From assembly GCF_004010195.1 (NCBI RefSeq), contig NC_057718.1, forward strand, positions 1,470,346-1,501,609: a stretch of 31,264 bases of DNA, given 5' to 3'. The notes under the pieces were generated by a model that did no database searches, had not been told where the DNA came from, and was given only the letters and a program-made list of their open reading frames with translations. The stretch comes from Chiloscyllium plagiosum. Its lineage: Eukaryota. Position 1 is the first letter of the stretch. Every line of letters begins with the position of its first letter. A program made the position numbers and the translations under genes. Of the stretch, positions 9,433-20,430 are shown piece after piece.

Positions 9433-12400
9433 GGGCTCTGAGCCAATGTGAGGCAGGGCAGGCCGGGCTCTGAGCCAATGTGAGGCAGGGCAGGCCGGGC
9501 TCTGAGCCAATGTGAGGCAGGGCAGGCCGGGCTCTGAGCCAATGTGAGGCAGGGCAGGCCGGGCTCTGAGCCAATGTGAGGCAGGGCAGGCCGGGCTCTG
9601 AGCCAATGTGAGGCAGGGCAGGCCGGGCTCTGAGCCAATGTGAGGCAGGGCAGGCCGGGCTCTGAGCCAATGTGAGGCAGGGCAGGCCGGGCTCTGAGCC
9701 AATGTGAGGCAGGGCAGGCCGGGCTCTGAGCCAATGTGAGGCAGGGCAGGCCGGGCTCTGAGCCAATGTGAGGCAGGGCAGGCCGGGCTCTGAGCCAATG
9801 TGAGGCAGGGCAGGCCGGGCTCTGAGCCAATGTGAGGCAGGGCAGGCCGGGCTCTGAGCCAATGTGAGGCAGGGCAGGCCGGGCTCTGAGCCAATGTGAG
9901 GCAGGGCAGGCCGGGCTCTGAGCCAATGTGAGGCAGGGCAGGCCGGGCTCTGAGCCAATGTGAGGCAGGGCAGGCCGGGCTCTGAGCCAATGTGAGGCAG
10001 GGCAGGCCGGGCTCTGAGCCAATGTGAGGCAGGGCAGGCCGGGCTCTGAGCCAATGTGAGGCAGGGCAGGCCGGGCTCTGAGCCAATGTGAGGCAGGGCA
10101 GGCCGGGCTCTGAGCCAATGTGAGGCAGGGCAGGCCGGGCTCTGAGCCAATGTGAGGCAGGGCAGGCCGGGCTCTGAGCCAATGTGAGGCAGGGCAGGCC
10201 GGGCTCTGAGCCAATGTGAGGCAGGGCAGGCCGGGCTCTGAGCCAATGTGAGGCAGGGCAGGCCGGGCTCTGAGCCAATGTGAGGCAGGGCAGGCCGGGC
10301 TCTGAGCCAATGTGAGGCAGGGCAGGCCGGGCTCTGAGCCAATGTGAGGCAGGGCAGGCCGGGCTCTGAGCCAATGTGAGGCAGGGCAGGCCGGGCTCTG
10401 AGCCAATGTGAGGCAGGGCAGGCCGGGCTCTGAGCCAATGTGAGGCAGGGCAGGCCGGGCTCTGAGCCAATGTGAGGCAGGGCAGGCCGGGCTCTGAGCC
10501 AATGTGAGGCAGGGCAGGCCGGGCTCTGAGCCAATGTGAGGCAGGGCAGGCCGGGCTCTGAGCCAATGTGAGGCAGGGCAGGCCGGGCTCTGAGCCAATG
10601 TGAGGCAGGGCAGGCCGGGCTCTGAGCCAATGTGAGGCAGGGCAGGCCGGGCTCTGAGCCAATGTGAGGCAGGGCAGGCCGGGCTCTGAGCCAATGTGAG
10701 GCAGGGCAGGCCGGGCTCTGAGCCAATGTGAGGCAGGGCAGGCCGGGCTCTGAGCCAATGTGAGGCAGGGCAGGCCGGGCTCTGAGCCAATGTGAGGCAG
10801 GGCAGGCCGGGCTCTGAGCCAATGTGAGGCAGGGCAGGCCGGGCTCTGAGCCAATGTGAGGCAGGGCAGGCCGGGCTCTGAGCCAATGTGAGGCAGGGCA
10901 GGCCGGGCTCTGAGCCAATGTGAGGCAGGGCAGGCCGGGCTCTGAGCCAATGTGAGGCAGGGCAGGCCGGGCTCTGAGCCAATGTGAGGCAGGGCAGGCC
11001 GGGCTCTGAGCCAATGTGAGGCAGGGCAGGCCGGGCTCTGAGCCAATGTGAGGCAGGGCAGGCCGGGCTCTGAGCCAATGTGAGGCAGGGCAGGCCGGGC
11101 TCTGAGCCAATGTGAGGCAGGGCAGGCCGGGCTCTGAGCCAATGTGAGGCAGGGCAGGCCGGGCTCTGAGCCAATGTGAGGCAGGGCAGGCCGGGCTCTG
11201 AGCCAATGTGAGGCAGGGCAGGCCGGGCTCTGAGCCAATGTGAGGCAGGGCAGGCCGGGCTCTGAGCCAATGTGAGGCAGGGCAGGCCGGGCTCTGAGCC
11301 AATGTGAGGCAGGGCAGGCCGGGCTCTGAGCCAATGTGAGGCAGGGCAGGCCGGGCTCTGAGCCAATGTGAGGCAGGGCAGGCCGGGCTCTGAGCCAATG
11401 TGAGGCAGGGCAGGCCGGGCTCTGAGCCAATGTGAGGCAGGGCAGGCCGGGCTCTGAGCCAATGTGAGGCAGGGCAGGCCGGGCTCTGAGCCAATGTGAG
11501 GCAGGGCAGGCCGGGCTCTGAGCCAATGTGAGGCAGGGCAGGCCGGGCTCTGAGCCAATGTGAGGCAGGGCAGGCCGGGCTCTGAGCCAATGTGAGGCAG
11601 GGCAGGCCGGGCTCTGAGCCAATGTGAGGCAGGGCAGGCCGGGCTCTGAGCCAATGTGAGGCAGGGCAGGCCGGGCTCTGAGCCAATGTGAGGCAGGGCA
11701 GGCCGGGCTCTGAGCCAATGTGAGGCAGGGCAGGCCGGGCTCTGAGCCAATGTGAGGCAGGGCAGGCCGGGCTCTGAGCCAATGTGAGGCAGGGCAGGCC
11801 GGGCTCTGAGCCAATGTGAGGCAGGGCAGGCCGGGCTCTGAGCCAATGTGAGGCAGGGCAGGCCGGGCTCTGAGCCAATGTGAGGCAGGGCAGGCCGGGC
11901 TCTGAGCCAATGTGAGGCAGGGCAGGCCGGGCTCTGAGCCAATGTGAGGCAGGGCAGGCCGGGCTCTGAGCCAATGTGAGGCAGGGCAGGCCGGGCTCTG
12001 AGCCAATGTGAGGCAGGGCAGGCCGGGCTCTGAGCCAATGTGAGGCAGGGCAGGCCGGGCTCTGAGCCAATGTGAGGCAGGGCAGGCCGGGCTCTGAGCC
12101 AATGTGAGGCAGGGCAGGCCGGGCTCTGAGCCAATGTGAGGCAGGGCAGGCCGGGCTCTGAGCCAATGTGAGGCAGGGCAGGCCGGGCTCTGAGCCAATG
12201 TGAGGCAGGGCAGGCCGGGCTCTGAGCCAATGTGAGGCAGGGCAGGCCGGGCTCTGAGCCAATGTGAGGCAGGGCAGGCCGGGCTCTGAGCCAATGTGAG
12301 GCAGGGCAGGCCGGGCTCTGAGCCAATGTGAGGCAGGGCAGGCCGGGCTCTGAGCCAATGTGAGGCAGGGCAGGCCGGGCTCTGAGCCAATGTGAGGCAG

Positions 12401-15400
12401 GGCAGGCCGGGCTCTGAGCCAATGTGAGGCAGGGCAGGCCGGGCTCTGAGCCAATGTGAGGCAGGGCAGGCCGGGCTCTGAGCCAATGTGAGGCAGGGCA
12501 GGCCGGGCTCTGAGCCAATGTGAGGCAGGGCAGGCCGGGCTCTGAGCCAATGTGAGGCAGGGCAGGCCGGGCTCTGAGCCAATGTGAGGCAGGGCAGGCC
12601 GGGCTCTGAGCCAATGTGAGGCAGGGCAGGCCGGGCTCTGAGCCAATGTGAGGCAGGGCAGGCCGGGCTCTGAGCCAATGTGAGGCAGGGCAGGCCGGGC
12701 TCTGAGCCAATGTGAGGCAGGGCAGGCCGGGCTCTGAGCCAATGTGAGGCAGGGCAGGCCGGGCTCTGAGCCAATGTGAGGCAGGGCAGGCCGGGCTCTG
12801 AGCCAATGTGAGGCAGGGCAGGCCGGGCTCTGAGCCAATGTGAGGCAGGGCAGGCCGGGCTCTGAGCCAATGTGAGGCAGGGCAGGCCGGGCTCTGAGCC
12901 AATGTGAGGCAGGGCAGGCCGGGCTCTGAGCCAATGTGAGGCAGGGCAGGCCGGGCTCTGAGCCAATGTGAGGCAGGGCAGGCCGGGCTCTGAGCCAATG
13001 TGAGGCAGGGCAGGCCGGGCTCTGAGCCAATGTGAGGCAGGGCAGGCCGGGCTCTGAGCCAATGTGAGGCAGGGCAGGCCGGGCTCTGAGCCAATGTGAG
13101 GCAGGGCAGGCCGGGCTCTGAGCCAATGTGAGGCAGGGCAGGCCGGGCTCTGAGCCAATGTGAGGCAGGGCAGGCCGGGCTCTGAGCCAATGTGAGGCAG
13201 GGCAGGCCGGGCTCTGAGCCAATGTGAGGCAGGGCAGGCCGGGCTCTGAGCCAATGTGAGGCAGGGCAGGCCGGGCTCTGAGCCAATGTGAGGCAGGGCA
13301 GGCCGGGCTCTGAGCCAATGTGAGGCAGGGCAGGCCGGGCTCTGAGCCAATGTGAGGCAGGGCAGGCCGGGCTCTGAGCCAATGTGAGGCAGGGCAGGCC
13401 GGGCTCTGAGCCAATGTGAGGCAGGGCAGGCCGGGCTCTGAGCCAATGTGAGGCAGGGCAGGCCGGGCTCTGAGCCAATGTGAGGCAGGGCAGGCCGGGC
13501 TCTGAGCCAATGTGAGGCAGGGCAGGCCGGGCTCTGAGCCAATGTGAGGCAGGGCAGGCCGGGCTCTGAGCCAATGTGAGGCAGGGCAGGCCGGGCTCTG
13601 AGCCAATGTGAGGCAGGGCAGGCCGGGCTCTGAGCCAATGTGAGGCAGGGCAGGCCGGGCTCTGAGCCAATGTGAGGCAGGGCAGGCCGGGCTCTGAGCC
13701 AATGTGAGGCAGGGCAGGCCGGGCTCTGAGCCAATGTGAGGCAGGGCAGGCCGGGCTCTGAGCCAATGTGAGGCAGGGCAGGCCGGGCTCTGAGCCAATG
13801 TGAGGCAGGGCAGGCCGGGCTCTGAGCCAATGTGAGGCAGGGCAGGCCGGGCTCTGAGCCAATGTGAGGCAGGGCAGGCCGGGCTCTGAGCCAATGTGAG
13901 GCAGGGCAGGCCGGGCTCTGAGCCAATGTGAGGCAGGGCAGGCCGGGCTCTGAGCCAATGTGAGGCAGGGCAGGCCGGGCTCTGAGCCAATGTGAGGCAG
14001 GGCAGGCCGGGCTCTGAGCCAATGTGAGGCAGGGCAGGCCGGGCTCTGAGCCAATGTGAGGCAGGGCAGGCCGGGCTCTGAGCCAATGTGAGGCAGGGCA
14101 GGCCGGGCTCTGAGCCAATGTGAGGCAGGGCAGGCCGGGCTCTGAGCCAATGTGAGGCAGGGCAGGCCGGGCTCTGAGCCAATGTGAGGCAGGGCAGGCC
14201 GGGCTCTGAGCCAATGTGAGGCAGGGCAGGCCGGGCTCTGAGCCAATGTGAGGCAGGGCAGGCCGGGCTCTGAGCCAATGTGAGGCAGGGCAGGCCGGGC
14301 TCTGAGCCAATGTGAGGCAGGGCAGGCCGGGCTCTGAGCCAATGTGAGGCAGGGCAGGCCGGGCTCTGAGCCAATGTGAGGCAGGGCAGGCCGGGCTCTG
14401 AGCCAATGTGAGGCAGGGCAGGCCGGGCTCTGAGCCAATGTGAGGCAGGGCAGGCCGGGCTCTGAGCCAATGTGAGGCAGGGCAGGCCGGGCTCTGAGCC
14501 AATGTGAGGCAGGGCAGGCCGGGCTCTGAGCCAATGTGAGGCAGGGCAGGCCGGGCTCTGAGCCAATGTGAGGCAGGGCAGGCCGGGCTCTGAGCCAATG
14601 TGAGGCAGGGCAGGCCGGGCTCTGAGCCAATGTGAGGCAGGGCAGGCCGGGCTCTGAGCCAATGTGAGGCAGGGCAGGCCGGGCTCTGAGCCAATGTGAG
14701 GCAGGGCAGGCCGGGCTCTGAGCCAATGTGAGGCAGGGCAGGCCGGGCTCTGAGCCAATGTGAGGCAGGGCAGGCCGGGCTCTGAGCCAATGTGAGGCAG
14801 GGCAGGCCGGGCTCTGAGCCAATGTGAGGCAGGGCAGGCCGGGCTCTGAGCCAATGTGAGGCAGGGCAGGCCGGGCTCTGAGCCAATGTGAGGCAGGGCA
14901 GGCCGGGCTCTGAGCCAATGTGAGGCAGGGCAGGCCGGGCTCTGAGCCAATGTGAGGCAGGGCAGGCCGGGCTCTGAGCCAATGTGAGGCAGGGCAGGCC
15001 GGGCTCTGAGCCAATGTGAGGCAGGGCAGGCCGGGCTCTGAGCCAATGTGAGGCAGGGCAGGCCGGGCTCTGAGCCAATGTGAGGCAGGGCAGGCCGGGC
15101 TCTGAGCCAATGTGAGGCAGGGCAGGCCGGGCTCTGAGCCAATGTGAGGCAGGGCAGGCCGGGCTCTGAGCCAATGTGAGGCAGGGCAGGCCGGGCTCTG
15201 AGCCAATGTGAGGCAGGGCAGGCCGGGCTCTGAGCCAATGTGAGGCAGGGCAGGCCGGGCTCTGAGCCAATGTGAGGCAGGGCAGGCCGGGCTCTGAGCC
15301 AATGTGAGGCAGGGCAGGCCGGGCTCTGAGCCAATGTGAGGCAGGGCAGGCCGGGCTCTGAGCCAATGTGAGGCAGGGCAGGCCGGGCTCTGAGCCAATG

Positions 15401-15720
15401 TGAGGCAGGGCAGGCCGGGCTCTGAGCCAATGTGAGGCAGGGCAGGCCGGGCTCTGAGCCAATGTGAGGCAGGGCAGGCCGGGCTCTGAGCCAATGTGAG
15501 GCAGGGCAGGCCGGGCTCTGAGCCAATGTGAGGCAGGGCAGGCCGGGCTCTGAGCCAATGTGAGGCAGGGCAGGCCGGGCTCTGAGCCAATGTGAGGCAG
15601 GGCAGGCCGGGCTCTGAGCCAATGTGAGGCAGGGCAGGCCGGGCTCTGAGCCAATGTGAGGCAGGGCAGGCCGGGCTCTGAGCCAATGTGAGGCAGGGCA
15701 GGCCGGGCTCTGAGCCAATG
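9431..15720 (+). repeat. Perfect 32-bp minisatellite (CCGGGCTCTGAGCCAATGTGAGGCAGGGCAGG) x196 plus 18 bp
   Basis: First CCAAT at 9443 and last perfect-phase CCAAT at 15715: (15715-9443)/32 = 196 exactly. No variant unit is visible, and the translated repeats are invariant. Confidence 0.99.
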
Positions 15721-15945
15721 GGAGGGGTGCAGGGTGGGCCTGGCTCTGAGCCAATGGGGAGCAGGGCGGGCCGGGTTGTGAGCCAATGGGACCAGGGCAG
15801 GCCAGACTCTGAGCCAATGGGGGAAGGGCGGGTCAAGTTCTGAGCTAATGGCGGCAGGGGAGCCGCGCGCTTCGTTGGGATGTGTTGGTACGTGCAGCGA
15901 CAGCGGTTGGGATTTGAATGTTGGCGCGGGAGCGGGAGCCTCAGG
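15703..15945 (+). promoter_or_regulatory. CpG-rich promoter-like module: phased CCAAT boxes, GC boxes, CHR and E2F-like sites
   Basis: AGCCAATG with CCAAT at 15715, 15751, 15783 and 15814, plus CTAAT at 15845 (31-36 bp spacing). GGGCGG at 15764 and 15826, TTTGAA at 15913, TTGGCGCGGGA at 15921. Local CpG enrichment against a CpG-poor background. Confidence 0.65.
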
Positions 15946-18124
15946 TCTTCCTCTGTGGAACCCCGGTCCCAAACCGTTCCTCAAAACCAAACATGTGAAA
16001 TAGTGTTCTTCCCTGAATTTCAGTTTGCATTTCTATATTGCCTTTATTTTGGAAAACAATCCAAGGCCCTTTACAAGTGATATCAGGCCTGTCCAAAAGC
16101 TTATTGAAAGAGGGCTGTAGGTAGTGAAAGACATTTGAAAACAATGATAGTTTTAAAATTGTGGCGTTATTACACTAACCCCCAGTATAGGGCAGTGAGT
16201 ATGTGCCTGTGCTGCATTCATTTTCAATTACAATTTGGCAGCAATCTTGGAGGTGTTATTGACTATAATGGAGGCATGTGCTGATAATCAAGTCCCACTA
16301 CACCACGTGTCATACTCGCAGTGTAAAAGTTTTGATTTATTCATCAAAATAGTCCATTTTTAGCCTTTCTGCATTTCAATGCAGAATAAAAGATTCCTGG
16401 ATTTTACTGGATTTTTAAAAATGAACTCACTAATTTATCCATTATATTATAAAACTCACTATTAAACAAGTGGCCAGACTGGTCAACGTTTAAAAGATAA
16501 TTGGAAATTAGAAAGTAAGCAACATGGTCAGTGTGAGGGAGATCTGCTGCCCTGAGTCAGAATTAGAGTAACTGGGAATTTGGGTCAAGGTGGGAATTCA
16601 ACTGGTAAATCTTTTTGCAAATTTAATTATAAGACTGAAAATAATCAGGCCTAATCTTTAGGGAAGTTAAAATAGCCCAGTTAAACAGGCAACTGCCTGC
16701 TAGTAGCAGTTAACTATCAAACAACTGAATTTTTGGCGTTGATAACCGGCAGGACGTTAAAAAAGTGACTCATCAGTGCTGTCTACGTAATAAGGGCTTG
16801 CTGAAAGTGCACCCTCAAAGCTGCATCGTCAGAGGGGCAAGACTTTGCTGGAGTGAGGCAGAGATAGGATGAATAATGGGGAATTTGAGTCAAAATGGGA
16901 AATCAGACCAGGGGCAGAGGGGAAAAAGAGTTGCGATTCAGAGGCCCATCTACACTGAAACCAATAGTGAATGATTCAGAAGAAGCAGCTGACTGGTGAG
17001 TAGGTTTGGTCTCTAATCATCAAATTTTGGGTATTTGGTTTGTAATTAAGTCTCAACAACTTTTAGGAAGTTTTTTTGTGAGGAATAACTTGATAAGTAT
17101 TTATATTAATTCATTTTTATACTAAGGGTAACAAGTACTTTTTAGTGTTACAAGATGGCAATTCAGAAAGGCTAAATAGAGTGTACTTCCAATGATATGT
17201 GTGAAGTTATGGGCATACCCCCTACATGTCCCAGATAATAACATCCGTAAGGAGAAAATTAAAAATCACACAACACCAGGTCATAGTCACCTGCATCTAT
17301 TTATTGCCTTCCCAGCTACCTTCCCTCCACACTCACCCCCCTTCTAGATGAAGGGCACGTGCCCGAAACATCAATTCTCCTGCTCCTTGGATGCTGTCTG
17401 ACCTGCTGTGCTTTTCCAGTGCCACACCTTTTGACTATGGCACAGAAGGAGGCTATTCAGTCCATTGTGCTTTTACTAGTTCTATTACCTAGTACCAATC
17501 TCCTGCCTTATCCCCACATCCTGATGCACCATTTCTAAAAAACAATCATCCAATGCCCTTAATTGAACGTGCTTCCACATTTCCAGGCAGTGTATATCCT
17601 AACTGCTCACGTCACTCTTCCATCATTTGCACATTACTTTAAATCTGTGCCCTCTCGTTTTTTATTTGTTTACAAATGGGAACGGCTGTTCTCTGTTCTT
17701 AAGTCTAACTTGCTTACTTACTGATATTCCACCTAGGAAACTGGTGAGGGTGATAGTTCCTTATTGAAGTGCAGCCGGAGCCAAACCCATGACAACAAGA
17801 GTGACTGAGCTGCACAAGGCAAGAGGAAATAAGACAAGTGTTTCTGGGGCTTGAATCATGATTTCAGGACGGTGTATTGCCTTCCTTGTGCCAGGGTCAA
17901 AGATGTCACAGAGCTGCTGCAGGACATCCTTCTGAGAGACAGGAAACAGCTAGAATCCACTTTGGTACTAACAACTTAGGTAAGAAGTGGGATGAGGTCC
18001 TCAAGGGCAGATTTCAGGGATTTAGGAAGGAAATTTAAAAACAGGACCTTGAGCAATAATCTCAGGATTACAGCCAGTACCAAATGCTTTCAAGCATATG
18101 TACAGTTGGATTAATCAATTGAAT

Positions 18125-18290
18125 ATAGAGTCATAGTCATACAGTCACAGAGACGTACAGCATGGAAACTGACCCTTCAGTCCAACCCATCCATGCCGAC
18201 CAGATATCCCAACCCAATCTAGTCCCACCTGCCAGCACCCGGCCCATATCACTCCAAACCCTTCCTATTCATATACCGATCCAAATACTT
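18125..18290 (-). mobile_element. CR1 3' terminal fragment
   Basis: catagagtcatag-type tail and cagcatggaaactgacccttcagtccaa match the reverse complement of the CR1 tail at 1770-1838. Confidence 0.75.
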
Positions 18291-18324
18291 TTGTAAAATA
18301 AGGATAATGTTATCATTGTCCTAC

Positions 18325-18514
18325 TTTCTCATTAGAGCAAGAGCCACCTAATGGTGGCTTTAACTGAGGGTCACCATATTACAGGCAAGGGGCACTGCTG
18401 AGAAGGAGAGGTCTTTGAATCAAGCTCAGCCTGTGTAAGAATTGAACCAATGTTATGGCAACATCATTCTGTATTACAGCTCATATGTCTAGCCTACTGA
18501 GCTAACCAATCCCC
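18325..18514 (-). mobile_element. tRNA-derived SINE
   Basis: The minus strand begins ggggattggttagctcagtagg (A box) and contains ggttcaattc (B box) followed by a SINE-like body. Confidence 0.65.
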
Positions 18515-18524
18515 TTTTAACACG

Positions 18525-18606
18525 TGGCAACAGTGAGATCTGAACCCACGCCTCCTTAGAGACTGGAGTCTACATCCAGCACCTTAGACTGCTCAGCCAC
18601 ACTACT
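18525..18606 (-). pseudogene. tRNA-Leu(TAG) pseudogene
   Basis: The 82-nt minus-strand sequence agtagtgtggctgagcagtctaaggtgctggatgTAGactccagtctctaaggaggcgtgggttcagatctcactgttgcca aligns to vertebrate tRNA-Leu(UAG). It shows CpG-type transitions, mutated U33 and T-loop, and no oligo-T terminator. Confidence 0.85.
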
Positions 18607-19976
18607 TGAATTGTTGTCAGAGAGAAGACATCAGCTTTGAAGATTTTGGACTGGTTCTGGGACAGTTAGGGTCTATACAGGCTGAATGGGTTACACCCTA
18701 ATGGGATTGAGACTTGCATGGAGATTTGCTATTGCTGTTGAGCTATTTTAAATTAGCTTGAAAGGGAGACAGGAACCTGCTGTGGGTTGACCCATTGTAC
18801 CATTAGGGAGGGAATTCCAGGATTTTCTCCCAGTAACAGCGATATTGGAACCGGTCCTTTTATTCTAGATGGAAATGATCATGGATTTGGAAGGTGCTGT
18901 CTAAGGATACGTCTTGTAGATAGTACACAGTGCTGCTACTGAGTGTCAGTGGTAGAGGGAGTCACTACTTGTGAATTTAGTGTCAATAAATGGGATAGAT
19001 TACGAACAAATCTGGCATCTCAAGAATTGGCATCCATGAGGTGCTGTAGCCTATCAACAGCAGAATTGTACTCCATGACAATCTGAACCCCACGGCCCCC
19101 AGCATATCCTCCACTCAACCGTTACTGTCAAGTCACAAGATGGACCCTGATTCAATGGAGAGTGCAAGAGGGCATATCTGGAGATGAGGTGTCAACCTGG
19201 TGAAGCTATTAACAAGGCTACTTGCATGCCAACCAGCAGAAGCAGCAAGTGATGGACAGAACTAAGGGATCCCAGAACCTACAGATCAGATCTGAGCTTT
19301 GCAGTAGCTCCATATCTAATTGTGAATGGTGGTAGACAATTGAACAACTCATTGGAGGAGATGGCTCTGCAGATATTCTCATTCTCAATGATGAAGAGTC
19401 TGGCACACCAGTTCAAAAGATAAGACTGAAGCTTTTGCAGCAATCTTTAGCCAGAAGTGCCGAGTGGACGAACCAAATCAGCTATGTCCAGAGGTCCCCA
19501 GCACTATAGATACCAGTTTTCAACCAATTCAATTCACTTCACGTGGTATCAAGAAACAGTCAAAGACACTGAAAAGGCTATCGGCGCTGACAACAATAAT
19601 ATTGAAGGTTTGTGCCCCAGAACTTGTGCTCCCTTTCCCCATTCCAGTACAATTACAACACTGGCTCAGCTCTACCATGGACAAAAGAGCTGAATTCCAG
19701 AAGTGAGATGAGAGTGACTGTCCTTGACATCAAGGCTGCATTTAATAGAGTGTGGCATCAAGGAGCTTAAGCTAAACTGAATCAATGGGTATTAGTGGAC
19801 AAACTATCTAGTGATTGGAGTCATACCTGGCACATAGGGAGATGGTTGTGGTTGTTGAAGATCAGTCATCTCAGCTCCAGGACACCTCTGCGGGAGCTCC
19901 TCAGGGTGGTGTCCTCGGCCCAACCATCTTCAGCTACTTCAATGACCTTCTCTCCATCATAAGGTCAGAAGGGGAT

Positions 19977-20270
19977 TGTTATGGACCTGACCAGACCCCC
20001 TTAAAATATTTAAAGAAAGTCGCCCAGACTCTAACTTTGCTAGTTGTTTTAAGCAGGTGTAGAAGTGGTTATTCCAGGAGCGAAACAGCTAGCCTAACCA
20101 CTTAGTTTTAAACAAAGCAGAATTTATTTCCAAGATTACCAAATGAAACAATAACATGAGAATGGAACACTGGATAATTTAACCTATCTGAAAACCCAAC
20201 AGATCATCCCAACTTAATGATCCTGTTCTAAATACTTGCAACAATTCCCATAAACACTCCTTGGCACAGC
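19977..20270 (-). mobile_element. Partial LTR related to the 29972-30581 LTR, followed by a (GA)n tract
   Basis: Starts tgttatggacc..ccagacc..aactttgc like 29972. The LINE resumes at about 20325 without its FADD region, implying a deletion. Confidence 0.75.
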
Positions 20271-20430
20271 GAAGACAAATAGAGAGAGAGAGAGAGAGAC
20301 ACACAGAGAGACAGCGAGACAGCAACCTCCTGACGCCCCAAAGCCTGTCCACCATCTACAAGACATGTCATGAGTGTGATGGAATACTCCCCACTTGTCT
20401 GAGCAGCCCCAACAACACTCAAAAAGCTTG

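Larger units (their letters stand above)
17150..18770 (+). mobile_element. Fragmented CR1 ORF1 remnant (zinc-finger start and SGNH esterase), split by later insertions
   Basis: YCLPCARVKDVTELLQDIL and HFGTNNLGKK (compare CLPGARV..VHVGTND) at about 17870-17990; LYRLNGLHPN (compare DGLH) at about 18675-18705. Confidence 0.65.

Noticed and set aside
9431..15720. CRISPR array (32-bp repeat length)
   Set aside because: Units are directly adjacent with no unique spacers, there are no cas genes, and the context is vertebrate.
15848..15887. Coding first exon MAAGEPRASLGCV (for example CENPO-like) ending at a GTACGT donor
   Set aside because: The ATG is part of the last degenerate CCAAT unit and lies upstream of the CHR/E2F motifs; no recognisable homology or matching downstream exon was found.
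9340..15990. Three 2,153-2,216-aa ORFs as real proteins
   Set aside because: All three frames give the same peptide because a stop-free 32-bp unit is not divisible by 3. There is no synonymous variation, and the ORFs end in SINE sequence.
18525..18606. Functional tRNA-Leu gene
   Set aside because: Multiple stem and loop substitutions, damaged B box and U33, and no terminator.
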